A stretch of 64,000 nt of DNA. Source: Pseudomonadota bacterium. GTDB taxonomy: Bacteria > Bdellovibrionota_B > Oligoflexia > Oligoflexales > CAIYRB01. Each line of letters starts with the position of its first letter. The stretch's first letter is position 1. The notes beneath the pieces are model-generated. The model had not been told where the DNA came from, ran no database searches, and saw only the letters and a program-made list of their open reading frames with translations. Below, piece after piece: positions 1 through 8,307 of the stretch. A program made the position numbers and the translations under genes. The stretch covers positions 5,550-69,549 of the forward strand of contig JAPLFX010000044.1 in NCBI GenBank assembly GCA_026390445.1, read 5' to 3'.

Positions 1-395
1 CGCGCATCGCCAGCCTCGTGTTGCTGAAGTGGATGCCGCGCTTTGCGATGCGCGCGATGTTGTCCAAAGACTTCATCGATACCCATCCCCAATCAGTTGA
101 CCGATTGGCACAGGTGGCGCGTGACCATCCAGCAAGTACGGTGGCGATCAAACAGCAGAGCTCCGCGGTCAAACATTACGACTTAGCCGATCAAGTCACA
201 GCGATTCGCGTGCCGACTCTGATCCTTGCAGGCACCGACGACCAGATCATCAATCACGAGAACTCCGACATTCTCGCCAAGAAAATCCGCAGCTCGCACC
301 TGATTAAATATCCCGGCGTCGGCCACCTCTTTCCGCTCGAGCGGCGTGAGGAGTCGACAGCAGCGATCGTTAAATTCCTAACGCAGCCGGACTAG
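1..395 (+). CDS. alpha/beta-fold hydrolase, C-terminal part (5' end lies outside the window)
   Basis: Frame is open from the window edge. C-terminal motifs are typical of alpha/beta hydrolases: LILAGTDDQI (acid strand) and GVGHLFPLE (catalytic His loop). Confidence 0.7.
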   Translation, partial: RIASLVLLKWMPRFAMRAMLSKDFIDTHPQSVDRLAQVARDHPASTVAIKQQSSAVKHYDLADQVTAIRVPTLILAGTDDQIINHENSDILAKKIRSSHLIKYPGVGHLFPLERREESTAAIVKFLTQPD

Positions 396-1567
396 ACTTT
401 TTTTAGGCTCGAAATCGCATCGCGCAGACCGTCTATGCTGAGCTGGAACATCGTCGGGAAGATCTTCTGCACGATCTGCACCGACGTCGTCATGCGCCAT
501 GCCTGGGGCGGCTCTGGGTTGAGCCAAGCCGAGCGCGGCAGACGTTCGCGCAGCCGCTGCAGCCAGACGATGCCCGCCTCGGCATTGTGCTGGTAGTAGT
601 TGATGGCGCCGCCTGGAGCCGTCAGTTCATAGGGATTCATCATCGCGTCACCAACGATCAAGAGATACCAAGACGAGTCGACCTCCTTAAGTACGTCAAG
701 CGTCGCAACGGTTTTACTCGGATGGTGGCTGTCGTAGAGATCGTCGTAGGGGCAATTATGAAAGGCGTAGCTGCGAAATTCCTTGAAGTGGTTCAGCGAA
801 TGCGCCGCTGAAAAGAGCTGATCGCAGAGCTGTGAATGCACCGTCATCGAGCCGCCGACGTCCATCAGCAGCAGCAGCTTGACCGAATTCTTGCGTGCCG
901 ACCGCCAGACCAGCTCGATATCGCCGGCATTTTTTGCGGTCGCCGCAATCGAATCCTCCAACGATAGCTCTTGCGGTCCGTCGCCCCGCGTCAACTGGCG
1001 CAGGCTCTTAAGCGCGAGAGTCAGCTGCCTCGTGTCCAGGGTGACATCGCTGCGCAGGCCGCGAAAGCGTCGCTCCTCGGCCACCTGCATCGCCGACTTG
1101 CTGCGGCTGTCGCCACCGACGCGGATGCCCGTGGGGTGCGTGCCGGAGTGGCCAAAGGGACTACTACCCCCAGTGCCGATCCATTTACTGCCGCCATCGT
1201 GCCGCTCCTTTTGCTCCTCCATGCGCTCAAGAAACTTCTGGCGCAGTTCATCAAGACTGAGGGCCTGCAAAGCCGCCCTTTCTTCGGCGCTCAGCTCGCG
1301 CGGCAGCTTGGCGTGTTTGAGCCATTCATTGAGTTCGTCTTTGAGGTGCGTCGGTGCCTCTGCACCGCGAAAATAGGCGGCAAAACACTGATCAAAGAGG
1401 TCGAACTGCGACTCCTTTTTGACCAGTAAACAGCGACACAGCTCGTAAAACCCGGCCATCGATTCATGGGCTAGGCCAAGCTGCACGGCCTCAAGCAGCC
1501 CCATCCACTCCTGGGTGCTGGGCCGTAGTCCGTGCCGGCGCAGGAAGTAATAGAACTCGGTAAACAT
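392..1567 (-). CDS. VWA domain protein, CoxE-like partner of the MoxR ATPase
   Basis: 391-aa ORF. MIDAS-like segment LLLLMDVGGSM sits in the C-terminal half. The start codon lies 3 nt downstream of the stop of the upstream AAA+ gene, the classic MoxR-VWA operon layout. Confidence 0.8.
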   Translation of the reverse strand: MFTEFYYFLRRHGLRPSTQEWMGLLEAVQLGLAHESMAGFYELCRCLLVKKESQFDLFDQCFAAYFRGAEAPTHLKDELNEWLKHAKLPRELSAEERAALQALSLDELRQKFLERMEEQKERHDGGSKWIGTGGSSPFGHSGTHPTGIRVGGDSRSKSAMQVAEERRFRGLRSDVTLDTRQLTLALKSLRQLTRGDGPQELSLEDSIAATAKNAGDIELVWRSARKNSVKLLLLMDVGGSMTVHSQLCDQLFSAAHSLNHFKEFRSYAFHNCPYDDLYDSHHPSKTVATLDVLKEVDSSWYLLIVGDAMMNPYELTAPGGAINYYQHNAEAGIVWLQRLRERLPRSAWLNPEPPQAWRMTTSVQIVQKIFPTMFQLSIDGLRDAISSLKKV

Positions 1568-1570
1568 CAG

Positions 1571-2410
1571 CTACCACCGCTTCTGCGCGATAAAGTGCTT
1601 GGCCGTTTGCAGGTCGCTCTCTTTTTTCAGCAGCACGCCGAGAAATGGCAGCTCCTTGTCGAGTTTGGCTGGGTCCAAGCCGGCATGAACCAGGGCGCTG
1701 ATCCAATCGACCAGCTCCGAGGTGGACGGGCGCTTTCTGATCTCGGGCAACTCGCGCAACCAATAGAACTTGACTAGGCACTGCGACAGCACCTTCGCTT
1801 CAAGCTTTGGATGGTGGACCCGGACGATCTCGGCCATCTGCCGCTCATCGGGGAAGGCGATATAGTGAAAGACGCAGCGACGCAAGAAGGCGTCGGGCAA
1901 TTCCTTGTCGGCATTCGAGCTAATGATCACGATCGGACGTTGCTTAGCCGCGATCTGCTCGCCGGTCTCGATGACGTCAAAGGCCATCGCATCCAGCTCA
2001 TGCAGCAGGTCATTCGGAAACTCCGGATCGGCCTTGTCGATCTCATCGATCAACACCACCGAGCGGGTCGGCCGCGCGAAGGCCTGGCCGAGTGGACCGT
2101 GCTTGATGTAGCGCTTGATGTCACGCACATCGCCTTCGCCAAACCGACTATCGTTGAGGCGTTGGACGGTGTCATAGACGTACAGGCCGTCTTGGGCTTT
2201 GGCCGTGCTTTTGACGTGCCAGGTCAAAAGATCGAGCTGCAGCGCTTCGGCGACCGCCTTAGCGAGCAGGGTCTTACCCGTCCCCGGCTCGCCGCGAATC
2301 AACAACGGGCGCCCGAGGGTGACGGCGACGTTGACCGCGCCTTGCAGCTCGGCGGACGCAATATAGCGGTCGGTGCCTTTAAAGGCGGGGAGGGAAGTCA
2401 CAGGTGGCAT
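1571..2410 (-). CDS. MoxR/CoxD-like AAA+ ATPase
   Basis: Walker A GEPGTGKT and Walker B VVLIDEIDKA. The 279-aa size and sequence pattern fit the MoxR family. Confidence 0.85.
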   Translation of the reverse strand: MPPVTSLPAFKGTDRYIASAELQGAVNVAVTLGRPLLIRGEPGTGKTLLAKAVAEALQLDLLTWHVKSTAKAQDGLYVYDTVQRLNDSRFGEGDVRDIKRYIKHGPLGQAFARPTRSVVLIDEIDKADPEFPNDLLHELDAMAFDVIETGEQIAAKQRPIVIISSNADKELPDAFLRRCVFHYIAFPDERQMAEIVRVHHPKLEAKVLSQCLVKFYWLRELPEIRKRPSTSELVDWISALVHAGLDPAKLDKELPFLGVLLKKESDLQTAKHFIAQKRW

Positions 2411-2472
2411 GATGGTCCTCTAGTTTGGCCGCATTCGAGTTGTTAAGACCGATGGTGGCCGGTGTAAGCTAG

Positions 2473-4233
2473 GTGGCGACACCGGGTTCCGTTCCGCTGA
2501 ACGTTCCGACAACATTTAGACAGAATCGATCTCTCTCGCCTATCATAGGTTCCATGCGTGATCATCTGCGGAGTTCATTTACGACGAATTCATGGTGGAC
2601 CAGGCCGCCTTGGCTGCTGGTCTTTGCCGTCTTTTTCCTGCTCGCGCTGGCCGTATTTGCCCCTGCTTGGCGCGGCGAGTTCATCATGGACGACTGGGGT
2701 TATATAAGTGATAACAGGTGGTTAACCTCCGCCCTCAGCCCCCTGCGCTTTTGGACGAGTCTACATCAGACCGACTACTGGCCGCTTTCCTATAGTGTCT
2801 ATTGGGCCCTGTGGCGTCTGTTCGGCACCGCTACTTATCCCTACCACTTACTGAATATCGGACTTCATGCTCTAAATGCAGCCTTGCTGTGGCAGCTTCT
2901 GCGCCGGCGTGGCGTCGTGCTTAGCATGGGTGCGGCGTTGATCTTTTTGCTGCATCCGCAGCAGGTGCAGGCGGTCGCTTGGATCTTTCAGCTGAAGACG
3001 CTGCTCGCGACCGCTTTGGCTCTCGGGGCTTTGCTATTGCTGAGTCGCGGTCGCAGAGGACTGGCCTTGGTGGTCTTTGTCGCGGCCTTACTGGCGAAGA
3101 GTTCAGTGGTGATGCTGCCGGTTTTTTTGTTGGCTTACTTAGCGATCGAGCCTGCAGAGGCTCGTTCTAAGCACTTGTGGGTGTGGCTTGGACTATACTT
3201 CCTTGCCTCTTTGGTGTCGGGACTGTTGACGATCTATGTCGACACGCAGCATGTCGGTGACGTCGGGGCTCAGTTAGAGTCGTGGCAAGGTGCCGCGACT
3301 CTGGACTTTATGCTGAGCAATCTTGGCTTTTACCTGCAGCATTTTTTCTGGCCGATCGGCATTGCCTTTTTGCAGCCTAGTTCACTGGTTGCGCTGGTGT
3401 GGCCAAAGCTGATCGGGGTCGGTGTGGTCACCTTAGTCGTCGGCTTTGGCTTCGCACTGAAGTGGCGCCGTAGCTTTTCAGCGCGATGGATCTCAGGGTG
3501 GCTCTGCCTCGTCTTTTATCTGGTCAATCTGCTCCCGGCTTTGGGTTTAGTCCAGGTGCCGGCGATGAAGCTAGCACCCGTGGCGAATCACTGGGCCTAC
3601 TTCGCCAATCTCGGCTTGGCCGCCATGCTGGGACTGATGCTGGCCACATGGTTTGACTATGCGTCGTCCTCCTGGCGTATGGCGCAGCTTGGCGGCATGG
3701 TGGCCTGCGGCTTGTTTCTCGCCTCCGCCTCTTACACGCAAGCTGTGACCTACGGCAGTGAAGTGGCTATTTGGCGGGACGTCGTCAGTAAATATCCGAA
3801 CTCCGCGGTAGGCTATTTCAACTTAGGCGCCGCATTAAACAAGCGCGAGCAGAGGCAGGATGCCGCGAGGGCCTTTGCGACGGCGATTCAGCTTGATTCC
3901 AGTCACCGCGGCGCGCATTTCAATTTGGCGGTTTACCATATGGGGCTTGCCCAGTGGAGCGAGGCTGAGTCGCTCCTACGTCGCACGGTCGTCATCGATC
4001 GGACCTTCGCTCCGGCTTACATCAACCTCGGCTATGTGCTGTGGCAGCAAGGCCGAAGGGAGGATGCGTTGGGCGTGCTGAAGGTAGGTTTGCAGGCGGC
4101 GCCGCCGCATCTAGAGTTGTATAAGAATCTGTGTTTGTATTTGCAGCAGTTGCAGCTGCCGGATGAGGCTGCGGTGCTTTGCCCCGTGGCGCAGGCGATG
4201 GAGGTGGACGCCAAGCGGGCGGCGGTACCATAG
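2473..4233 (+). CDS. polytopic membrane protein, GT-C (PMT/TMTC-like) glycosyltransferase with C-terminal TPR repeats
   Basis: Many hydrophobic helices span the first ~420 aa. The early loop motif GEFIMDDWGYISDN resembles the DD/DE loop of PMT/TMTC enzymes. The C-terminal ~150 aa are TPR-like (AVGYFNLGAALNKREQRQDAARAFATAIQLD and following). Start is uncertain: GTG 2473 or ATG 2554. Confidence 0.6.
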   Translation: MATPGSVPLNVPTTFRQNRSLSPIIGSMRDHLRSSFTTNSWWTRPPWLLVFAVFFLLALAVFAPAWRGEFIMDDWGYISDNRWLTSALSPLRFWTSLHQTDYWPLSYSVYWALWRLFGTATYPYHLLNIGLHALNAALLWQLLRRRGVVLSMGAALIFLLHPQQVQAVAWIFQLKTLLATALALGALLLLSRGRRGLALVVFVAALLAKSSVVMLPVFLLAYLAIEPAEARSKHLWVWLGLYFLASLVSGLLTIYVDTQHVGDVGAQLESWQGAATLDFMLSNLGFYLQHFFWPIGIAFLQPSSLVALVWPKLIGVGVVTLVVGFGFALKWRRSFSARWISGWLCLVFYLVNLLPALGLVQVPAMKLAPVANHWAYFANLGLAAMLGLMLATWFDYASSSWRMAQLGGMVACGLFLASASYTQAVTYGSEVAIWRDVVSKYPNSAVGYFNLGAALNKREQRQDAARAFATAIQLDSSHRGAHFNLAVYHMGLAQWSEAESLLRRTVVIDRTFAPAYINLGYVLWQQGRREDALGVLKVGLQAAPPHLELYKNLCLYLQQLQLPDEAAVLCPVAQAMEVDAKRAAVP

Positions 4234-4321
4234 AGGAAAGGGAGCGGACTGGAAATATCGTGGAATGGCAAATAATCCAGCGATATCAGTGGTTCATTGA
4301 CCTGGGGTGGGCAAATGACGG

Positions 4322-4350
4322 TTGACAAAGTCGTGCTGAACCACTAACAC
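4322..4350 (+). promoter_or_regulatory. candidate sigma-70 promoter for tRNA-Met
   Basis: TTGACA (4322-4327), 17-nt spacer, TAACAC (4345-4350), about 20 nt upstream of the tRNA 5' end. The -10 element is weak. Confidence 0.3.
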
Positions 4351-4369
4351 AAGAGGCTCCTCGGATTCT

Positions 4370-4446
4370 GGTGGGGTAGCTCAGCTGGTTAGAGCGGTGG
4401 ATTCATAACCCACAGGCCGCGAGTTCAAGTCTCGCCCTCACCACCA
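4370..4446 (+). tRNA. tRNA-Met (anticodon CAT), elongator type; lysidine tRNA-Ile2 not excluded
   Basis: Hand-folded cloverleaf. Acceptor GGTGGGG/CCTCACC, D stem GCTC/GAGC, anticodon loop TTCATAA, T arm GCGAG-TTCAAGT-CTCGC, discriminator A and encoded CCA. The G1:C72 pair argues against an initiator tRNA. Confidence 0.9.
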
Positions 4447-4737
4447 TTTAGTCCCTGAATCCCGCGTACTCACAGGCAAAGCCCCTCGTTCGACGCGCCG
4501 CAGCGCTTTCGCTGCCCGGCTGGCATCGGCAAGAGGGCACCGGTGCGTTCACTCGCTGTCTAAAATTTCCTCACTTCTGGCCTGATCAGTCATCTCACTT
4601 TGAGTCAACGTTGTCGCAAACCCGAGGTAGTCGAAACGGTCCTCAAAAAGTGGCACTTCCCGCTTCGCAGCGCGGATGAGTAAGACACGCAGGCCTTGGC
4701 CACCGCGACGGGTCCGATAGATCGCTGTTCCAGTTGT

Positions 4738-5469
4738 TCATAGACTCATCTCAAATCCAAACAGGTCTGCCCGCTCTAGATTAATCATGTGTCCCAAAGT
4801 GGCGAGTTCATGGTGAGTGCATAAGGGAGCTATCTGACGAAGACCGGTCGTGTGTGCAGGGCCCAGAACTTGGTCATCGCTACCGCCTACAATAGTCACC
4901 TCGGCTTGATTTAACTGGATCCAGCAGCTGCGACCGTCAAAATTTTGGATGGCGTGGATTTGACGGAAGAGGTTCTTCGTGCTCTGCTTATTATCTCCAG
5001 CAGCTCTATAAGAAAAATACCGATCGACTATATCCGCTTGATTTGCCTTAAACTCATTGGAAAAAAAAGGAGACAGAACCTTTTTGTAACTCTCGAAATC
5101 GCCACGGCGAGCCGTCGACCACTGCTGTAACATTTGGGCGGTGATCGCAGGGCAATCTGGAAGATTAGCCGAGGTCACTAAGAGGCGGAAAGTTGAGGCT
5201 TTCGGTAGCAGCTGGCGGAAGTTCGAGGCGATAATAGAAGCAATCATGCCCCCCATGCTCATTCCAATGACCACCACCTTGCTTAGGTTTAACTTTGCGA
5301 TACTTTCGGCGTGAAAGGCAGCCACATCAATCAGTGAGTATTCTCGTCCAGTCCAATCTGGACCGCTACCGATTTCTGGGTTCTCAAGGCGCAGAAGCCC
5401 GTCAATATCCGGTAGCTCGTCCGCTTTCATAGCTAAACCTGGAATTGCAACTCCCCAAATATTATTCAT
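4738..5469 (-). CDS. alpha/beta-fold hydrolase
   Basis: Nucleophile elbow GMSMGG and C-terminal His loop LGHMINLE. ATG 5469 is preferred because it forms an ATGAATAA overlap with the stop of the upstream thioesterase gene. Confidence 0.75.
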   Translation of the reverse strand: MNNIWGVAIPGLAMKADELPDIDGLLRLENPEIGSGPDWTGREYSLIDVAAFHAESIAKLNLSKVVVIGMSMGGMIASIIASNFRQLLPKASTFRLLVTSANLPDCPAITAQMLQQWSTARRGDFESYKKVLSPFFSNEFKANQADIVDRYFSYRAAGDNKQSTKNLFRQIHAIQNFDGRSCWIQLNQAEVTIVGGSDDQVLGPAHTTGLRQIAPLCTHHELATLGHMINLERADLFGFEMSL

Positions 5470-5872
5470 AAAAACGATCCAGAAAGCCTTCAGGCCATGG
5501 CACACTTTTGCCGGATTTCTTATCGACGCATGTTAGATCAAGCGCACAGGTGGCAAGAGTTCGCGCTTGCTCATCAAACATTTTGCATTCAGTGCGGCAA
5601 GTTTTTTCTGCACGACTCGTGACTGAAGACGATATCGAGAATGTGCGGTCGCCCACGACTGGCCGCAAGAAGCTTACTTCCATGTGCTTCGTGTAGAGGC
5701 CAATATCGAGGGCATGAATGGCCTGGAGGCCGAGATCAAAACGTTCCCGAAGCGCAGTAAACCTGTGCGTGAGGAAATAGGAGACGTAATACATCGTGTT
5801 CAGGTGACCGTACTGGTCGATCTCCTGAAAACTTGCTCGATGAGTCGTGACGAAATCAACTGGCTTCTCCAC
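5462..5872 (-). CDS. hotdog-fold acyl-CoA thioesterase (4HBT/YbgC-like)
   Basis: 136 aa. N-terminal signature FQEIDQYGHLNTMYYVSYF matches the D-x-x-G-H-h-x-x-x-x-Y motif of 4HBT thioesterases. GTG start. Overlaps the downstream hydrolase by 8 nt. Confidence 0.7.
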   Translation of the reverse strand: MEKPVDFVTTHRASFQEIDQYGHLNTMYYVSYFLTHRFTALRERFDLGLQAIHALDIGLYTKHMEVSFLRPVVGDRTFSISSSVTSRAEKTCRTECKMFDEQARTLATCALDLTCVDKKSGKSVPWPEGFLDRFYE

Positions 5873-6064
5873 AGGGACCCTCTTCTTCAGCTACCATTGC
5901 ATGATCAGTTGAAAGGGAAGCGCACACCCGGCCAACTCTTGTTACCAGTCTTAAGCAAAAGGCTGGCCAGATCGACGCGCGCCAAGATTATTGATTTATT
6001 GGACATTCGTCACGGTGTGGCGCAGATTTTTGCCGATCTGGTGCCTAAAATATCGACAACCTGG

Positions 6065-6102
6065 CCGAAAAATGGACAGGCGCCCGAAAAATGGACAGGC
6101 GC
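6065..6102. repeat. perfect 19-bp tandem duplication (CCGAAAAATGGACAGGCGC x2, then a partial third CCGAA)
   Basis: Read directly from the sequence. It lies in the ~280-bp non-coding gap between the DUF192-like gene and the thioesterase gene. Confidence 0.9.
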
Positions 6103-6153
6103 CCGAAGCGAGACGTCTTTACGGAAAACGCCAATCGGTATGCTTCCTTTTTC

Positions 6154-6600
6154 TTAGGTCAATCCTGATTTGGCTGTGCCTAGCTGAACCAGGTCACCTT
6201 TCTTTAGTCCGTCCGCATCACCGCGATTGACGATAAAGAGCGAAGATCCATCCTTGCAGCTTGCCTGTGTTTTTGTCCCGGCCTCTGGCCTGATGATGTC
6301 AACGACCTTCGATGACGCATCGAGAAAGACGACGTCTATCGGAAACCGCAGGCCATTTAAGGAAAATGCCTTCGACTTTGGAAACAGCATTCCCGTCTGC
6401 GCAGCAAAATGCACGATCGATTGTGGTGCGATGCGCCGCCGTAGCCTGCCTTGCACTTGAGCTAAGCGAAGGCGCACCTTGCCGTCCTCAGTGCAGACAT
6501 CAACCAGCGGAGCTGGATCCACGCTCGTGATGATTTGGTAGACTATGACACCAATTGCCAATGTCTGTAGTAATCCAGTGATGTCTGTCGAGGATACCAT
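6154..6600 (-). CDS. DUF192-like protein with an N-terminal hydrophobic segment
   Basis: 148 aa. The segments GMLFPKSKAFSLNGLRFPIDVVFLD and GSSLFIVNRGDADGLKKGDLV match the DUF192 pattern recalled from memory. Confidence 0.55.
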   Translation of the reverse strand: MVSSTDITGLLQTLAIGVIVYQIITSVDPAPLVDVCTEDGKVRLRLAQVQGRLRRRIAPQSIVHFAAQTGMLFPKSKAFSLNGLRFPIDVVFLDASSKVVDIIRPEAGTKTQASCKDGSSLFIVNRGDADGLKKGDLVQLGTAKSGLT

Positions 6601-6672
6601 GACGACGTGACCCCGTACTTTTGGCGATGTTTGAGTCTGCTGCCTTGGAAGCTGCCTATTGAGACCTCGGTC

Positions 6673-7149
6673 TTATGGATGATTGGGAATCACCAAGGGG
6701 CCTTTGATACCGATCCCGCGCGCCGCCAAAGCAGCTTCCACCTGGCGAGCGACTGCGTCCCGCTGGGCAGCGTTTAAGGTCTCTTCGCAGGGAATATTTT
6801 TTAAGGTAAAGACCACAACCTTGCTTATGACACTGGTAGCGAAAAAGCCAACGGCTGCGGCCTTGGTCACCGTCCCATCGGGTAGATAGGTACAGACCAT
6901 AGACGCAGCACCTGAGACTTGTGAGATATTATCAAAAATGGTCGTGGCCTGCTGCATGCCGGAGCAGGTAGGGCCACTTAAGCTAAAACTCTGGCAGTCA
7001 GCAGAGATCGACTGAACGCTGTCTGCAACCATGGGCTCACCCAGCGAGACGGTATCGTCATTGGATAGCGTTTTAGAGGCCGATGATTTGTGGCCACAGC
7101 CTAAACTGATCATAACGACGGTGGATAGTAATACAGCGAACTTTGTCAT
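6673..7149 (-). CDS. hypothetical lipoprotein
   Basis: Start moved to ATG 7149, preceded by AAGAGG. Signal MTKFAVLLSTVVMISLGC carries an SLGC lipobox. No recognised domain. Confidence 0.6.
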   Translation of the reverse strand: MTKFAVLLSTVVMISLGCGHKSSASKTLSNDDTVSLGEPMVADSVQSISADCQSFSLSGPTCSGMQQATTIFDNISQVSGAASMVCTYLPDGTVTKAAAVGFFATSVISKVVVFTLKNIPCEETLNAAQRDAVARQVEAALAARGIGIKGPLVIPNHP

Positions 7150-7338
7150 GGTATGCCTCTTGATGTTGTGGTTGATTGCGGCCGTGAACTGTTTCAAAGC
7201 CTTGATTAAGTGCTAAAGCAAGATTTTTGCCAACTGCAGCGAGGGCGGGCGCTTATTGCGATTTTCCGTTATAGTGGCGGATGCTTGGATGTTCTTGCTA
7301 GGCCTGTGTGGTGGGGCTTTGTGTCGTTGGGAACATGG

Positions 7339-7369
7339 GCGAAAATGCTACTGCGCGGCGCATTTTCGC
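7339..7369. terminator. 10-bp-stem hairpin downstream of the nucleotidyltransferase gene
   Basis: GCGAAAATGC, 11-nt loop, GCATTTTCGC. There is no clear T-tract, so a terminator role is tentative. Confidence 0.3.
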
Positions 7370-7393
7370 GCCGGTCACGTAGATCAGGTCAGA

Positions 7394-7957
7394 TCACGGC
7401 ACGTGGCTACCAAAGGTGAGACGCCATTGCTCTGACAGTCCCAGCCTTGTGATCCAGGCCTCAAGATAGGCAAGGTCGCAGGTCGCATGCGCGAGGATCC
7501 CACGTATATCGCGTAGGTGTTTGTCGGATTCGCCTTCGCGAAAATAGCGCAGCTTCGCAATGATGATATCTTCAGGTGCCGCTAGCCACGTCATCAGTCC
7601 AGGTAGCAGCTCGACTGGGCGGCGGCGGTCAAATTCTGCAATTGCGTGAGCATTTGCTTTCTGGACGACGACGTCGATTTTCAAGCCTGACCCATGGTGC
7701 AGAAGATAAAACTGACCTTTATGCGCAAACTCCTGCGCGACAATGTCCGGAGCCGGAACGTAAAATTCGCCTTCGCTAAACAAACCAATAAATTCTGCCG
7801 CAGTCTCCCGACGCACCTGCAACACCAGGTCGAGATCTCGGGTCAATCTAGGTTCGCCGTAGACCGCAGCCGCGATCGAGCCGACGGCCATGTAGTTGAT
7901 CTTACCCGCCTCCAATGCCTGCAAAGTGGCACGTAAACCCTCGGCAACCGCGATCAT
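7394..7957 (-). CDS. minimal pol-beta-fold nucleotidyltransferase (AbiEii/DUF6036-like)
   Basis: 187 aa. NTase signature VGSIAAAVYGEPRLTRDLDLVL (G-S-x13-D-x-D) and a third acidic residue in GLKIDVV. Its ATG lies within an ATGA overlap with the stop of the upstream small ORF. Confidence 0.65.
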   Translation of the reverse strand: MIAVAEGLRATLQALEAGKINYMAVGSIAAAVYGEPRLTRDLDLVLQVRRETAAEFIGLFSEGEFYVPAPDIVAQEFAHKGQFYLLHHGSGLKIDVVVQKANAHAIAEFDRRRPVELLPGLMTWLAAPEDIIIAKLRYFREGESDKHLRDIRGILAHATCDLAYLEAWITRLGLSEQWRLTFGSHVP

Positions 7958-8205
7958 GCGCAGCCTCGTTCAATTAAAGCGAGGACTTCCTGATCGATCC
8001 ATTCTTGGCTGGCGTCTGGGTGTTGCCGCCGCAACTGCAAGGTTTTGATCGACCTTGCCATGTCGAACAGGCCACAGACCATTTGAATGTTTTGCCACAC
8101 GCGCTCTTTGGGCGGCATCAAGGGATCTACCGGTATACCGCTACCAAGAGCGTTGTTTTTGACTGGGTCCATGTGGGATGGCCTACTGGATGCGGCGTGG
8201 AGCAT
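7954..8205 (-). CDS. small hypothetical protein, putative partner of the nucleotidyltransferase
   Basis: The ORF is open from 8247. ATG 8205 is preferred because AAGG lies 7 nt upstream. No recognised motif. Overlaps the downstream gene by 4 nt. Confidence 0.45.
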   Translation of the reverse strand: MLHAASSRPSHMDPVKNNALGSGIPVDPLMPPKERVWQNIQMVCGLFDMARSIKTLQLRRQHPDASQEWIDQEVLALIERGCA

Positions 8206-8307
8206 CGGCAACCTTGTATATGCGATTCCAGCGCCGTGTCCAAGCAAAAGCTGTCTATCTAAATTGTGCCCCGGCAGGTCGTAACTACAACACAGACCTC
8301 GATTTTT

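Noticed and set aside
4447-4470. Att-like direct repeats of the tRNA-Met or tRNA-Gly 3' ends that would delimit integrated islands.
   Set aside because: None found by eye in the candidate boundary regions, so island boundaries cannot be defined from this window.
4555-4737. The hydrolase reading frame stays open for about 60 codons beyond its TGA stop. The read-through peptide (…AIYRTRRGGQGLRVLLIRAAKRE…) vaguely resembles a RelE/ParE C-terminus.
   Set aside because: The hydrolase is complete before the stop (catalytic His loop present). The resemblance is weak and the fragment has no start codon. It is at most a decayed remnant and cannot be supported.
5684-6230. Plus-strand ORFs 5684..6157 and 5991..6230.
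   Set aside because: The first is mostly antisense to the thioesterase gene. Both run through the tandem duplication (giving repeated PKNGQAPE), and neither has an RBS or a motif.
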